In this document: positions 53,135-64,000 of the stretch, in pieces
Layout of the letters: each line of letters begins with the position of its first letter
Numbering within the stretch: position 1 is the first letter of the stretch
Assembly: GCA_009103225.1 (NCBI GenBank)
Contig: RHPI01001037.1
Location: forward strand, 620,001-684,000
Source: Chlorokybus atmophyticus
Lineage: Eukaryota; Plantae; Mesostigma and Chlorokybus algae
Length of the DNA stretch: 64,000 bases
Reading direction: 5' to 3'
The notes under the pieces: generated by a model
What the model saw: the letters and a program-made list of their open reading frames with translations, nothing else
Told to the model about the DNA's origin: nothing
The model's database searches: none
Made by a program: the position numbers and the translations under genes

Positions 53135-56100
53135 TCATGGCGAGGATGATACCGACCGCAAACTAAGCTGAGATATGGCGCGCTGCAAGTTGGTGTTTAT
53201 CGTCAACTGCTTGTGCGGCATGCGTTCGCCTGTCATCGGAGAAACTTCATTCTGCACAAACCACTGCTCTATTGCAACCTTCTCGTATGAGTAACCATCA
53301 GCGGCGACCACGGGGTCCTGCAAGTACCCGTCACAGTGAGTGCCACATCAGGTGTCAAAGCAACCCAATATGCACACATGGGACAACTAGCCATGACAAG
53401 GAAACGAACCCTGTTTGCATCAGCAACTTACTGTCATGATTTGAGAAGTGATTGGACAGAAGAAACAGTCAATGTCGGGCGACTGGTCCACGTCAGGCCT
53501 GGCTCTTGAGCGGCATGCCACGCCTTCACGATTGAGGCGCTCTAGCGTGGGAAGCACCTGCAATGCCGAGTTAAGTCCGCCGATTGCAATCCTGCCATAC
53601 TGCATGCATGTCGCGCAAACAAACAGTACCTCTTGCGCCAGGTCAGGGCGACAGTGGCGATCTAATGATGCGCATTTAATAGCCAGGTCGGCCAGCTCTT
53701 CGGCAATACGTTCCGGCCAGGGCTCAGGCTTTGAATCCGCAATCTTGTAGAGCTGCCCTTCTCTTAGCGCATCAGATACGAGCCCATACAGGTTTAGCGG
53801 CGGCTTTCCAGTAAGCATCTCCAGCAACACTGCCAGGGAGTGGATTGCACGGAATTGAGCACAACCTGCAACAGTACCAGCAGATGACACACACCAGCAA
53901 GGCTTACCAATCCCAAAACTATATACATCCGACTTGGGCCCAAGCTGGCCAGAGCGGTAGTACTCAGGATCCACATAGAGGAGGGTCCCACCAGGGGATG
54001 AATCCATCAACACGGACATCTTCATGGTTCGTGCTCCGAAGGCAAGTTCGGGTGCGAGGCGGGCAAGCCCAAAATCGCCCACTTTTGCGTTGAAATTCGT
54101 ATCCAAAAGAACGTTGGCAGTCTTGAAGTCCCTGCAGAACAGACGTGTCAATTGAACCTCGTGCATAAAAACACACTTGCCGGTAGTGTGAAGGCCAGTG
54201 CTTGGCCAGCAGCCTGCTGATATGAGGCAGGCAGTGCTTTAATCGCGGGAGTCATACCTGTGAATAATTGGTGTGGGAAGTGAATGCAAAAACAACAGAC
54301 CACGCGCCGCTTGAACGGCAATGGCCAAGCGCTTGTCCCAAGGCAAAGGAGGCGTATTTCCACGGCAAAGCAAGCGATCTTCTAGGCTGCCCTGCTCGCA
54401 GAACTCGTACACCAGGGACTGTTGTCCTGGAACTGAGTGATGTCCCATCAGGGCAACAATGTGTGGATGCCTCACGTACCCCAGCACCTGTTCGCAACAA
54501 CCATGACAACCAGCACTTGCATGCTGCAAGTTGATGCGCAACAGTCATCATCATGACCAATGACTGGTACAGTTTGCAGACCAGCAAGTAACGCGGGTGC
54601 ACTTACTGGATTCCAGTATGAAGTTGACAAATTCTCGTGCACAGTGCAAAACTGGTACCAAATGACAGAGATATGCATTTGCTTGTGGACACGATGGCCA
54701 AAGCAAACTTGAACTGCACCTGTAGCTCCTTATCAAACTCAGTCGTTCCCTGCTGCCCGTGTTGGTTGAGACGTTTGATAGCCACAGGGGTGCCTGCTAC
54801 AGTGCCAAAGTATACAGGACCAAACGCTCCTTCACCGATCTTATTTTTTGCGTTGAAATTGCCAGTGGCTATCTTAAGCTCCTCCCACTCAAACTGCGAA
54901 GCATCCAGTACTTTAAGCCGCAATGACAGCAACGAACCAACATGACCACTTGAACACTGTGTATGGAACCAACCTGCCGCAGCTTAGCTTGTGACATTTG
55001 TAAGTTTTTCAAGAAGTCATTCAACTGGGCCTGCATGTCGGTGACTTTTCTGTCAATCGCATCCACTTTGGGGGCCATCTTCCGAATGTCCCCTAGAAGT
55101 TGCATCAACTCCGAGTCCCTTTCACCACCATTCTTGGCAACGATCATTGGCAACTCCTCATGATCCTTTACAGCGCCTTGTTGCAGTTCACGCACCCAAT
55201 ACTGCACGTCACATGCATGCATTGGTTACAGAGACAATATGTATACACACCTGAGTCCACAACAGCAGTGACAAGCTCACCTTCTCAGCATTGTCTGGCT
55301 TCTGCATCTTCACATATACTCGCAAAAGAATGTCTGTGCGCAATGCTGTCAATGCATCTCGCATATTTTCAGCCACCAGTATAAACTTCCGTTCATACAC
55401 ATCCCCTCGCAGAAAGCGCTTGAGTTCAAACAGCAATTCGCCTTCTTTGCGAGTCCACTTCTCCACCATCTCCTTGGCTGTTGCAAGCGTATCCTGCAAT
55501 GCAATGCAAAGATGAGGGTAGCTGCCAACAATCTGGCAACGCGACAACAGGGGACAGAGTTGCACACCTGGACGTACTGCAACCGGCTCACTGTAGTATG
55601 GACATCTGCCTCGTTGCCCAGCTGTATGTGCCTTGCGGACGACTGATCTGTCAACAATGGTTCCACAAGGCTCCTTATCTCTCTGGCTTGCCGCGCTAAA
55701 CTTGCACACCGCGCCTGCAACACAGCACCATTGCTGCCGCTTCTGGTACTAACAAGCTGGACATGCTAACTCCAGCAAAAACAACATTTTTTGCATGCAA
55801 TCTTACAAGAATAGACTGATGCAACTAATAGACAGCCAAAGTGTGCACTCTGTATCCGACCTTATTGGCGTTGCAAATGTCGTTCAACCTGTCCAGTTCC
55901 GCTGCCAAGAACACTATGCCGCGAATGCATCCAGCAAAAGGCATGACAGCTGTCGCTACTTGTACACCAGCTTCAAGCAAGCCTGCAGCCACGACACCAG
56001 CGGCGAGAATTCCACCACCGACAACGGCAGCACCACCCGCTGCAGCAACAGCCCTAGCAACGGCATGACCTGTAGATGCGGCAGAGAGTCAGCAGCAGCG

Positions 56101-57933
56101 CCCTGAGCCCGAGCCATTAAGCTGTTAGGCACGGTGGCATGGACTCACAGGCACACAAATTGCAAGCAAGCCACAACCACCACAGTCACAATTACACTGT
56201 GACGTAATTGTGAGCAGTTACAGTGTAATTGCTCACAATTACAGTGACACCTTGTTAACCTCAAGGAGGCTTACGGTGTGATGCCGGGTTCAACACGTTG
56301 CGCATGGATTCATTCTCAGCCTTTTCGCTGGCAGTTTTGCCATCAATATTTCTGAGAGTGGGGTCTCCACCACCTTCGAGCAGCACCTTCGCTATCTCCC
56401 CTTTTGATAGCACAGCGGCTTCATGTAAAGGGGTGTCCCCTCTCTAAGACAGCATCATGTTGGCATTTGCAACACTTTGTGAGGTGTGCACATGCAAATG
56501 AGGACAACCAAGCCAGTAGCCATACCGCATTACAAGCGTTGGGGTTCGCCCTGTGGTTGAGCAATTCCAGGACAGCAGATGTCTCCTCGTGTCCAGCAGC
56601 CCAGTGAAGCGGTGTAGAGTTTTGCTGAGCGCAGCATTCATGTCAAATACAGGTGAGCACAAGGTAGGATCAGCCAGATATATCTAAACAACTTCTCAAA
56701 TGCGTGCCTGTCAGACATCGCACAATGTGAAAGTTGCCGCTTGAACAATATTGCATTCTCATAACCATAAGTGCATGACGGCATAGCATGACAGCCATCT
56801 GGTGTATGAACGACAGCAGGCCAACAACGACTGGTGCAATGCATGACAGTTGTTCAACGATATGTTGCGAGGATGCACTTCTTACTTTGTTGACGGCATT
56901 CACGTCTGCACCTCCGTCACACAAGGCCCTAATGGTTGAACAACTTCCGGACAGGGCAGCGTTATGCAGCGGAGTCGTCCCGTCACGATTTGAGGCCGAT
57001 GGTTTGGCTCCATGCTGGATCAGCACCTGCAGAAACCAAGCACACCTACATCAGCACTAGTGGTGACCACAGGCCTAGTTGTCTTCCTGCGAGGCCGCTA
57101 ACTACGACTAATAAACCCTGAATTTCAACACACCACAGCCTGTTCATATCCCTTCCAAAGATGCGCACATCATACAGCACTACATTGTGCCAGTTTGTAG
57201 TGATAGATGCAATTCTTTGTGAGATTGTGACGAGTCCAACCACTGACGACACTCTGTATGTTGCTGACATCGAAAATATACAAGGACACACTGTCTCAAT
57301 GCCAGAAGACTTGCAAGATCACGACTGACAATTACGCAATGGTTGTGCAACAAACCACTGACCTTGACCATCTCCGCCTTGCCAAGCAAAGCCGCTTCGT
57401 GCAAAGGCGTGCTGCCCTCGTTGTTCTGTGCATTCACGTCCGCACCCCTGGCGATGAGCACCTCTGCCTCACGGGGCTGTCCATTCTTGACAACCCTGTG
57501 CAGAAGGGTGTTGCCGTCCTGTCCAACAAAACGCTGTAAACTTGAGAGCATCCACATCCGCGCTGCTGTACATACAAGCACAGCTGCGGTCAAGATGACG
57601 CAACACTGGACTCAGGATGTCTCTCGCCACCTGTACAGAACTACTCACCGTGCGAGATACCTGAGTGCGGGCATTGGGGTCTGCGTCTGCCGGCAGTGCG
57701 TGCCGGAAGTTTGGGGCAGATGCATAGTGGGTGTGTGGTTGTTGAAAATTATTAGGTGACCGCGGCGCCATTGGAGAAAAGGACTCCGTCCGTGCGCCTG
57801 TCGACGAGGGCAATGACGGGGACGAGTGCAAGGCACTGTAAACTGTCCCACTGGCGCTGCCATTGCCGTAAGGAGGCGGCTGAGGAGGGAGGTGTTCTTT
57901 TACCTTCTTGCTCCTGCCAAACAGCTGCTTCAT
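53135..57933 (-). CDS. Ankyrin repeat / MLKL-like four-helix bundle / IRAK-Pelle (RLCK-type) kinase / U-box protein
   Basis: ANK: [36 protein letters not shown]. Kinase: [45 protein letters not shown]-box: [10 protein letters not shown]|[21 protein letters not shown]...SPMT. Confidence 0.88.
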
Positions 57934-58616
57934 TCTGTGAGCGCCCTAGAGCAGGCCTCCCCTTTCTTGTTTAGCTCCAGGAACCACGCCGCCGCCGCCA
58001 CATCCGCCCTTCCCACTCGACCATGATGGCCACTGTTAGGCCTCGACACACAAACCCTAACTAGCTCACTAGCTCCTTGCCAACAGCGCCTCAAGAGCAA
58101 CGCGTCCGTCAGCTGTCCTGGGCGTACATACACTGCGCCTCAAGCAAGCCCCGAACACGTACCAAAGCAAACAACAGTGTCACAGCTGCGACGCAGCACA
58201 AGTAGGCCTAGCCGCAGCCTGGTCTTCCACAAGAGAAGCTTGCTCCTGTTGGGTTTAAGGCTTCGTAGAGGAGGTCTTGGGCAACAAGCACCCGCTCACT
58301 GAACCACTCCTCATCCGCCGCCGCCGCCGCCGGCACAGCAGAGATGGAGTCGGGCGCGCATGCAATGTCGCCTGCTGGCAGGATTGCGCGCCACACAATA
58401 ATTACGTGACGTATTTGCCATGTTGCGTCGTAATGTCCAAGTTTCTTCCAAGTTGGGTCTACACTACAGTAACTGTAGGTTTAGGGACCTGGCCTAGTAG
58501 GGGCCCTAGGCAGAGCTGTAGCGTTACTCTGGTACACGGTGCATAATTCTTAGCTGGGATGGAGGCTGAGTCGGTCTGTGTGCGGCGGTGAATTGGTAAA
58601 TTTGTGTATCTGAGTA

Positions 58617-60817
58617 GGGTAAGGTGCCCTTACTTCGGACACTTTTTACTAATAAGGTCGAACCTGATGTAATTTTAAGCCGTTTTGAGCTCTTAATAAC
58701 TCATCTGAAAGCTCATTTGATGGCCTATCGGCTGGCCTCGTCCTCGGATTTTTCTCCAATGGCATGCTCTCATGAGCAGCAGGGTAAGACCACCAAAACT
58801 TGCAGCCGATCTAATGTGGCTGATCCTAACTTTGGACCAGCTTGAATCGCATGTAGGTTGTAAGGCCGACGGTGGTTGTGGCGGCGCAACGGCGATAAAG
58901 TGCCAGGCAGTGCCGCTAGGTTGGTGGCGCACTGGTGGCGTGGCTTACGCCAAAGAGCGGCAGGTACAACGAGCCTGCAGGTGAGCTCAAGTGTTGGTTG
59001 GACTGCATTGTGTGTATGGCCTCCTTGTAAGCTCAAGCGTTGGTTGGACTATCTAAGTGTATGCACGTCTTGTGAGCTCAAGTAGTGGTTGGACTGCCTA
59101 CATGTATGCACGCCTTGTGTGTTTGCATCTTTGTGTGTTTGTTGGTTGATAACCACACACGTTTGCACAGCATGTACACACAGCAAGCACACCGATTCAC
59201 ACATGATGTACAGCGAATGGTGTATGCAGAGTTGCATGTATCAGTTGTGAGGCGTAAGCAGGTTTATATGTACAAGTGAACAAGCGCTATTTACATGTGG
59301 TCCAAGCTGTGCTAAGGCTAAGACTAGTAAAGGATCTTGGTGAGGCGCAAGCCGCCTCTCTTGCATGCCCATGCACGATTTTTCGCCGGTGTGATTGTAA
59401 CTATTGGGGCCCGACCACTAGGCTATGGTAGTAAAAGACACTACCATGAGTGAGGTCTGTCACAATTTATCCCAATTCGTGACATTCCTCCCCAAATTAA
59501 CCCATGAGTTCCTCATAATCCAATGAGGCACTAGCCCACGTCGCCGTTTTCGCGGCCGTACCACAATCGGTCTGCCCACAGCCTGTTGGATCCGGCCAAC
59601 GAACGGTCCTGACCGACCGAACGGCCATCCTCACCGCGCGACCTGCCATCGCAGCGCGACCGCTCACGCGGCCTTAGGTTGAACTGGCTCGGCGCGCAGG
59701 TCGTGATCCCGCGCCCAGCCTAGGGCAAGCCGCCCCAAATGTTTTTGTTTTTGCCTTGGATCCGCCTCAGTCCCCTACGGGAATTGAACCTGAGACGTCA
59801 AGCTCCGAAACCGTTGTAACAATTGGGGCCCGACCACTAGGCTATGGTAGTAAAAGACACTACCATGAGTGAGGTCTGCCACAATTTATCCCAATTCGTG
59901 ACAGCCGGTGTTGCCTCGAGTAGAGCAGGTCTTGCGACACTAGCACATGTGAGGTCTTGCCCCTTTATGTTAGCCATGGGCCTGCTTCTGCTTGCTCCTC
60001 ATCCTCAGTAATGCTACTGACTACCTCCTTGTTGCGCAGGGAGGCAGCGAGCACTGCAGCTTTTTCAGCTGTGGCTGCCTCGCGTGCTTCGCGTGCTTTC
60101 TTCTGTTGCTTGGCCGCCGCTGCGGCATCTTTCTCCTCAGTCTTCTCCCTCAGCTGCTGTGCCTTCTCCTGCGCCTTGGCCTCCTCATCTGCTACTGCCT
60201 CCAGCCTCTTCCTCCTCATGTCTTTCCTCCTTGCTACCCGTGCTGCCACCAGACGTTGTTTCTCCTCAGCCTGGTCGCGCAGGTGTTGAATGATTTCCGG
60301 GCTAGTGAGGATGGTGGTTGAACGCGGATAGGATCTGCCTGGTCGGAGCTTGAAGCTGATATATTCGGGCAGCACCTCCTCTGTGCCCAACTCCTGCTCC
60401 TCTTTCGGACAGTCACATACTTGTGTGTTGTCCGTATTTGCCTCCGGTCTTCATCAGCACCAAACTCTGCACTGATCAGGGCCTCCAAGAGTGTGGAACT
60501 GATGCCTGGCTCTGCTGTCTGTGGTTGCGCCGCTGGCTCATCCTCGGGTCATGCAGTCTATCGTCCAAGGCGTGGTGGTCTATTGGCGACAGTCCTGCCA
60601 AGTACTGCTTGCAGTGTGTGCATGCTCTGGCTTGATAATGCACAGGTGTTTGGACAGTGCTGTTGTCAGGAGAGAGGGTGTGCCCCTCCTCCCTTTAATC
60701 CCCTACCCCAACACCACCACCAGCCTCGCCGCCGCCGCCGCCACTGCCGGGGCAGTTGCCAGAGCAAAAGATGCTCTGGCTATGGCGGCCGCTGCGTTAG
60801 CAGCGCCGCCATGCAGC
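58617..60817 (-). mobile_element. Probable DNA-transposon remnant: TA-flanked terminus plus decayed charged C-terminal coding segment, interrupted by a TRIM and an LTR element
   Basis: Terminus matches 27-69. Minus-strand frames at 59965-60490 give RSTTILTSPEIIQHLRDQAEEKQR...K/E-rich coil, reminiscent of pogo/DDE_1 transposase tails. No catalytic DDE region is visible. Confidence 0.4.
59396..59903 (-). mobile_element. TRIM, family C, second and younger copy
   Basis: 89-bp LTRs (59396-59484, 59815-59903) differ at 2 positions. PPT TGGGAGGAA. Degenerate PBS CGGTTTCGGAGC. 330-bp interior aligns with 4031-4361. No clean 5-bp TSD. Confidence 0.92.
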
Positions 60818-60849
60818 TGATATCAACATGAGACTCATGTCGATATCAG

Positions 60850-60995
60850 TGTTATAGTTAAGTAACACTACATTAAGGCCTTAACACTAGGTTAACGGCC
60901 CTAATAAGGCTTAATAGGCTGTATAATCCCGTTGGGACCCTTATTTAATCCTAAATAAGGGCGGGGAACCTCTATGGAGGTAGCACACCGTTACA
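60850..60995 (-). repeat. 3' LTR of the right-hand Ty3 element (left boundary approximate)
   Basis: Begins TGTAACGG directly after PPT GGGGGGGAA (complement at 60996-61004). Distal end could be at 60818, 60850 or 60861. Confidence 0.65.
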
Positions 60996-61117
60996 TTCCC
61001 CCCCACTTAGGTTTCAATGTCCTCATTGAAGGGTTAGCAAAGCCCCATCACGAGTCACAAAACGAAAGCAGTGAGAGAACCAGGGCCGAAGCGGTAAAGA
61101 TGTCTGCCAGCACCCTT

Positions 61118-64000
61118 TTACCGTTCGCGTGTGGACACAGTACTCCAGTACCCCCGAAGAACCTCTTGGCAGTTGGTAAGATTCCTTTCGGGCTCCCATG
61201 TATTGTGTTCAACACCATACCCTTTCCATTTCACCAAGTAGGACGGCGCGCGTCCGCGTCGAGGCTTACGGTGACTTAGGATTGCTTCCACCTCATACTC
61301 AAATGTATTGTCACCATCCACTGCGACTGGGGGTGGAGGAGGTTGAACCCGACCGTCTGATCGGTACGGTTTCAGTACACTCACATGAAACACATTGTGA
61401 ATTCGTATCGACATTGGTAAATCCAAACGATACGCGTGAGTGCCGACCCGATCAATCACTTTGAAAGGGCCTATCCAACGAGGGAAAAATTTACGGGTAC
61501 CCACTCCCTTGATGGATATATTTTTGGTACTCAAAAGTACTGAACAGCCCACATCGTAGCTGGCCTCCCTACGATGCGCATCAGCATGGGCTTTTTGTCT
61601 ATCTTGCGCTGCGCGCAGACAGTGCTTTGCCAACGCTAACCTATCCTGCATGGCCGAAGCCATCTCGCGCGCTGCAGGTACGCGAGTTATATCGGTTGCG
61701 GGCAATTTTAAATTCGCAGGACTCAGTGGATGCACGCCGTAATTTAAAAAGAACGGCGTTTCCTGCACACTCTCTTGCCAAGCATTGTTGATCGCAAACT
61801 CAGCCATTGGAAGATAAATATCCCAATCAGACTGATTTGGACTCACATAATGCCGAATGGTTTCTTCAATCACTTGATTGGCGCGTTCTGTTTGCCCATC
61901 CGTTTGTGGATGATAAGCTGTGCTCATATTCTGCTGAATGCGTAAGAAGCTGCATAGCGACTTCCAGAATTGAGCTACAAATCGCGGATCGCGATCAGAC
62001 ACAAAGTTGCGCGGCAGGCCGTGCAACTTAAAAACAGACGCGACAAAAACCATTGCTAAATCGCGGGAGCCTATCTCCGTGCAACAAGGGATAATATGAA
62101 CCATTTTTGTCAATTGGTCCACAAAAACTGCAACCGCAGTGTGGCCTAATTGTGTCTTAGGGAGCTCAGTAATAAGGTCCATACTCACCCTTTCCCATTT
62201 GCCATCAGGAACAGGCAAAGGTCGCAGCAACCCAGCGGGATTCTGACGTAACGGCTTGTCACGCTGACATTTGTCACAGGTGTCAACATAACGCTTTACG
62301 TCAACAGGCAACGATGGCCACCAGTACAGCTGTTGCGCTGCCTTGGTAGTCTTGCGATTTCCAAAGTGCCCAGCGTACGGTGGGTCGTGTACATCAGCTA
62401 TGCATTGCATGCGTAGCCCAGCATGGTCAGGTATCACCAAGCTAGCACCCATATAATACAAGTTGTCTCGTGCTTCAAGCTGTTGTATATTCTCTTGCCG
62501 TGAGAACCATGGGTCTAAGGAATACCCATGCAAAACAGATTGCACAAATGCATCATTAGCGGGCAATGTAACTTGCGTCGCAAGCAATTGCGCACGCATA
62601 ACTGCCAATAATGACGGACAGCGATTTAAGGGATCTGCCACATTAGTTCTGCCAGGCCGATATACCCATTCAAAAGTAAATCGCGACAGAAACTCATTCC
62701 AGCGAGCTTGCCTACGTGACAAGGTCAGCTGCGTTGAGAAGTATACTAATGGGTTGTGATCAGTCACCACTGTGAACTGAACTCCCTCTAAGTAACATCG
62801 CCAAGTTTCGAGAGCATGTACGACACCAAGCAACTCTTGCTCAGTAGTAGTGTAGTTTACCTCCGCTGGGATAAACTTCCTACTTTCATAAGCACATGGT
62901 CTGCCGTCTTGCAGTAGTACTGCACCACACCCAAGGGTGGAAGCATCACTGACCACAGTGAAATGTTTATCCCAATTTGGCAATGCCAATACTGGAGCTG
63001 AAGTTAATGCTAACTTCACTTGTTGCATAGCAGCTTCTTGGTCTGACGTCCAAGAAAATGGCGCGTCCTTTCGCAACAATTTAGTCAAGGGCATTACAAC
63101 TGTAGAATAACCCATCATAAATTTGCGAAAATAATTTGCCAATCCCAAAAATGATCTCAGTTGATGAATATTTTTGGGTTGAGGCCAATTCTTGACAACT
63201 TGCACCTTGCGAGGGTCAGGCTTTACACCCGCACCACTCACAACATGTCCCAAGAATGGTAACTCCGATTTGCAAAAGTCACATTTTGCAAGGCTGGCAA
63301 ATAAATGATGCTTCCGCAACAAAGTAAACACCGCTTCTAAGTGTTGCTTATGTTCCTCTTTGGTTTTACTAAAGACAATAATGTCATCCAAGTAAACCAT
63401 AACATACTTGCCAAGTATATTACCGAAAATTTTATTCATTTCCTTCTGAAACACAGCAGGCGCATTCGTCAATCCAAAGGGTAGCACTTTGTATTGATAA
63501 TGGCCCGAAGGTGTTCTGAAAGCTGTCTTATAGACATCAGCGGAATGAATTCGGATCTGATGATATCCACTTGTCAGGTCTAATGTACTGAAGTATGCAT
63601 TACCTGATAGTTTATCAAACACGTCATCAATCCGTGGCAACGGGTATCGATTTTTCACCGTGATTTTGTTTAAAGCACGATAGTCCACACACATGCGCAA
63701 TTTTCCATTCTTTTTCATCACAAATAGGATGGGTGCGCCAAAGGGTGAAGAACTTGGTTCAATCAATCCTTTTTCCAATAACTCCTTGATTTGTGTTTCC
63801 ATTTCCCCCCTTTCTCTAGGGCTTAGCCTATATATTGGCCGAAAAGGAGGATCACTATCAGGAATTAATGGTATAGTGTGTCCGACACCTCGGTCAGGAG
63901 GCAAGCCCGGCAACTCATCTGAGAACACATCTTGATATTCCTCAATGAGGTCTGCCACACCTTCAGTACTACCCGGCGCAATGTCATCTGATGAAGACAA
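61118..64000 (-). CDS. pol: Intact Ty3/gypsy chromovirus pol (RT, RNase H, integrase, chromodomain), truncated by the window edge
   Basis: 960-aa uninterrupted ORF: LRMCVDY, YLDDII, SDAS...EQELLGVVHAL, HDPPYAGH...CDKC, VSMDLI...VSDRD...ERAN, GPF, YEVEAIL...YLVKWKGY. Confidence 0.97.
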   Translation of the reverse strand: MSSSDDIAPGSTEGVADLIEEYQDVFSDELPGLPPDRGVGHTIPLIPDSDPPFRPIYRLSPRERGEMETQIKELLEKGLIEPSSSPFGAPILFVMKKNGKLRMCVDYRALNKITVKNRYPLPRIDDVFDKLSGNAYFSTLDLTSGYHQIRIHSADVYKTAFRTPSGHYQYKVLPFGLTNAPAVFQKEMNKIFGNILGKYVMVYLDDIIVFSKTKEEHKQHLEAVFTLLRKHHLFASLAKCDFCKSELPFLGHVVSGAGVKPDPRKVQVVKNWPQPKNIHQLRSFLGLANYFRKFMMGYSTVVMPLTKLLRKDAPFSWTSDQEAAMQQVKLALTSAPVLALPNWDKHFTVVSDASTLGCGAVLLQDGRPCAYESRKFIPAEVNYTTTEQELLGVVHALETWRCYLEGVQFTVVTDHNPLVYFSTQLTLSRRQARWNEFLSRFTFEWVYRPGRTNVADPLNRCPSLLAVMRAQLLATQVTLPANDAFVQSVLHGYSLDPWFSRQENIQQLEARDNLYYMGASLVIPDHAGLRMQCIADVHDPPYAGHFGNRKTTKAAQQLYWWPSLPVDVKRYVDTCDKCQRDKPLRQNPAGLLRPLPVPDGKWERVSMDLITELPKTQLGHTAVAVFVDQLTKMVHIIPCCTEIGSRDLAMVFVASVFKLHGLPRNFVSDRDPRFVAQFWKSLCSFLRIQQNMSTAYHPQTDGQTERANQVIEETIRHYVSPNQSDWDIYLPMAEFAINNAWQESVQETPFFLNYGVHPLSPANLKLPATDITRVPAAREMASAMQDRLALAKHCLRAAQDRQKAHADAHRREASYDVGCSVLLSTKNISIKGVGTRKFFPRWIGPFKVIDRVGTHAYRLDLPMSIRIHNVFHVSVLKPYRSDGRVQPPPPPVAVDGDNTFEYEVEAILSHRKPRRGRAPSYLVKWKGYGVEHNTWEPERNLTNCQEVLRGYWSTVSTRER

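Noticed and set aside
58690-58940. Possible decayed PHD finger at the end of the DNA-transposon remnant
   Set aside because: Cys/His spacing cannot be recovered in any frame.

Overview
Eukaryotic, intron-rich genomic DNA, most likely a green alga (inferred from plant-type gene orthologues, short GT-AG introns and chromodomain Ty3 elements). Bases 1-13.8 kb are a nested retrotransposon stack: a non-coding LTR element with ~915-bp LTRs (2418-13796) holds two miniature LTR elements (TRIMs) and a decayed Ty3 chromovirus with ~45-bp termini; another TRIM lies to its left. The gene-dense middle (14-58 kb) encodes MAU2/SCC4, a mitochondrial carrier, urate oxidase, an AAR3-like DCN1 protein, a CAP59/GT69 mannosyltransferase, RPL10, a RanBP2 zinc-finger protein, tafazzin, LAS1, tRNA-Arg(ACG), a RAR1-type CHORD protein and an ankyrin/MLKL-like/Pelle-kinase/U-box protein. 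The right end holds a DNA-transposon remnant, a fourth TRIM and an intact chromovirus pol. Two observations stand out. (1) Four TRIMs from three unrelated sequence families all carry a tRNA-type Pol III promoter split across the LTR boundary: A box in the LTR, B box just after the primer-binding site. (2) An ANK + MLKL-like four-helix bundle + active IRAK/Pelle kinase + U-box fusion lies tail-to-tail with RAR1. All alignments, translations and exon joins were done by eye.
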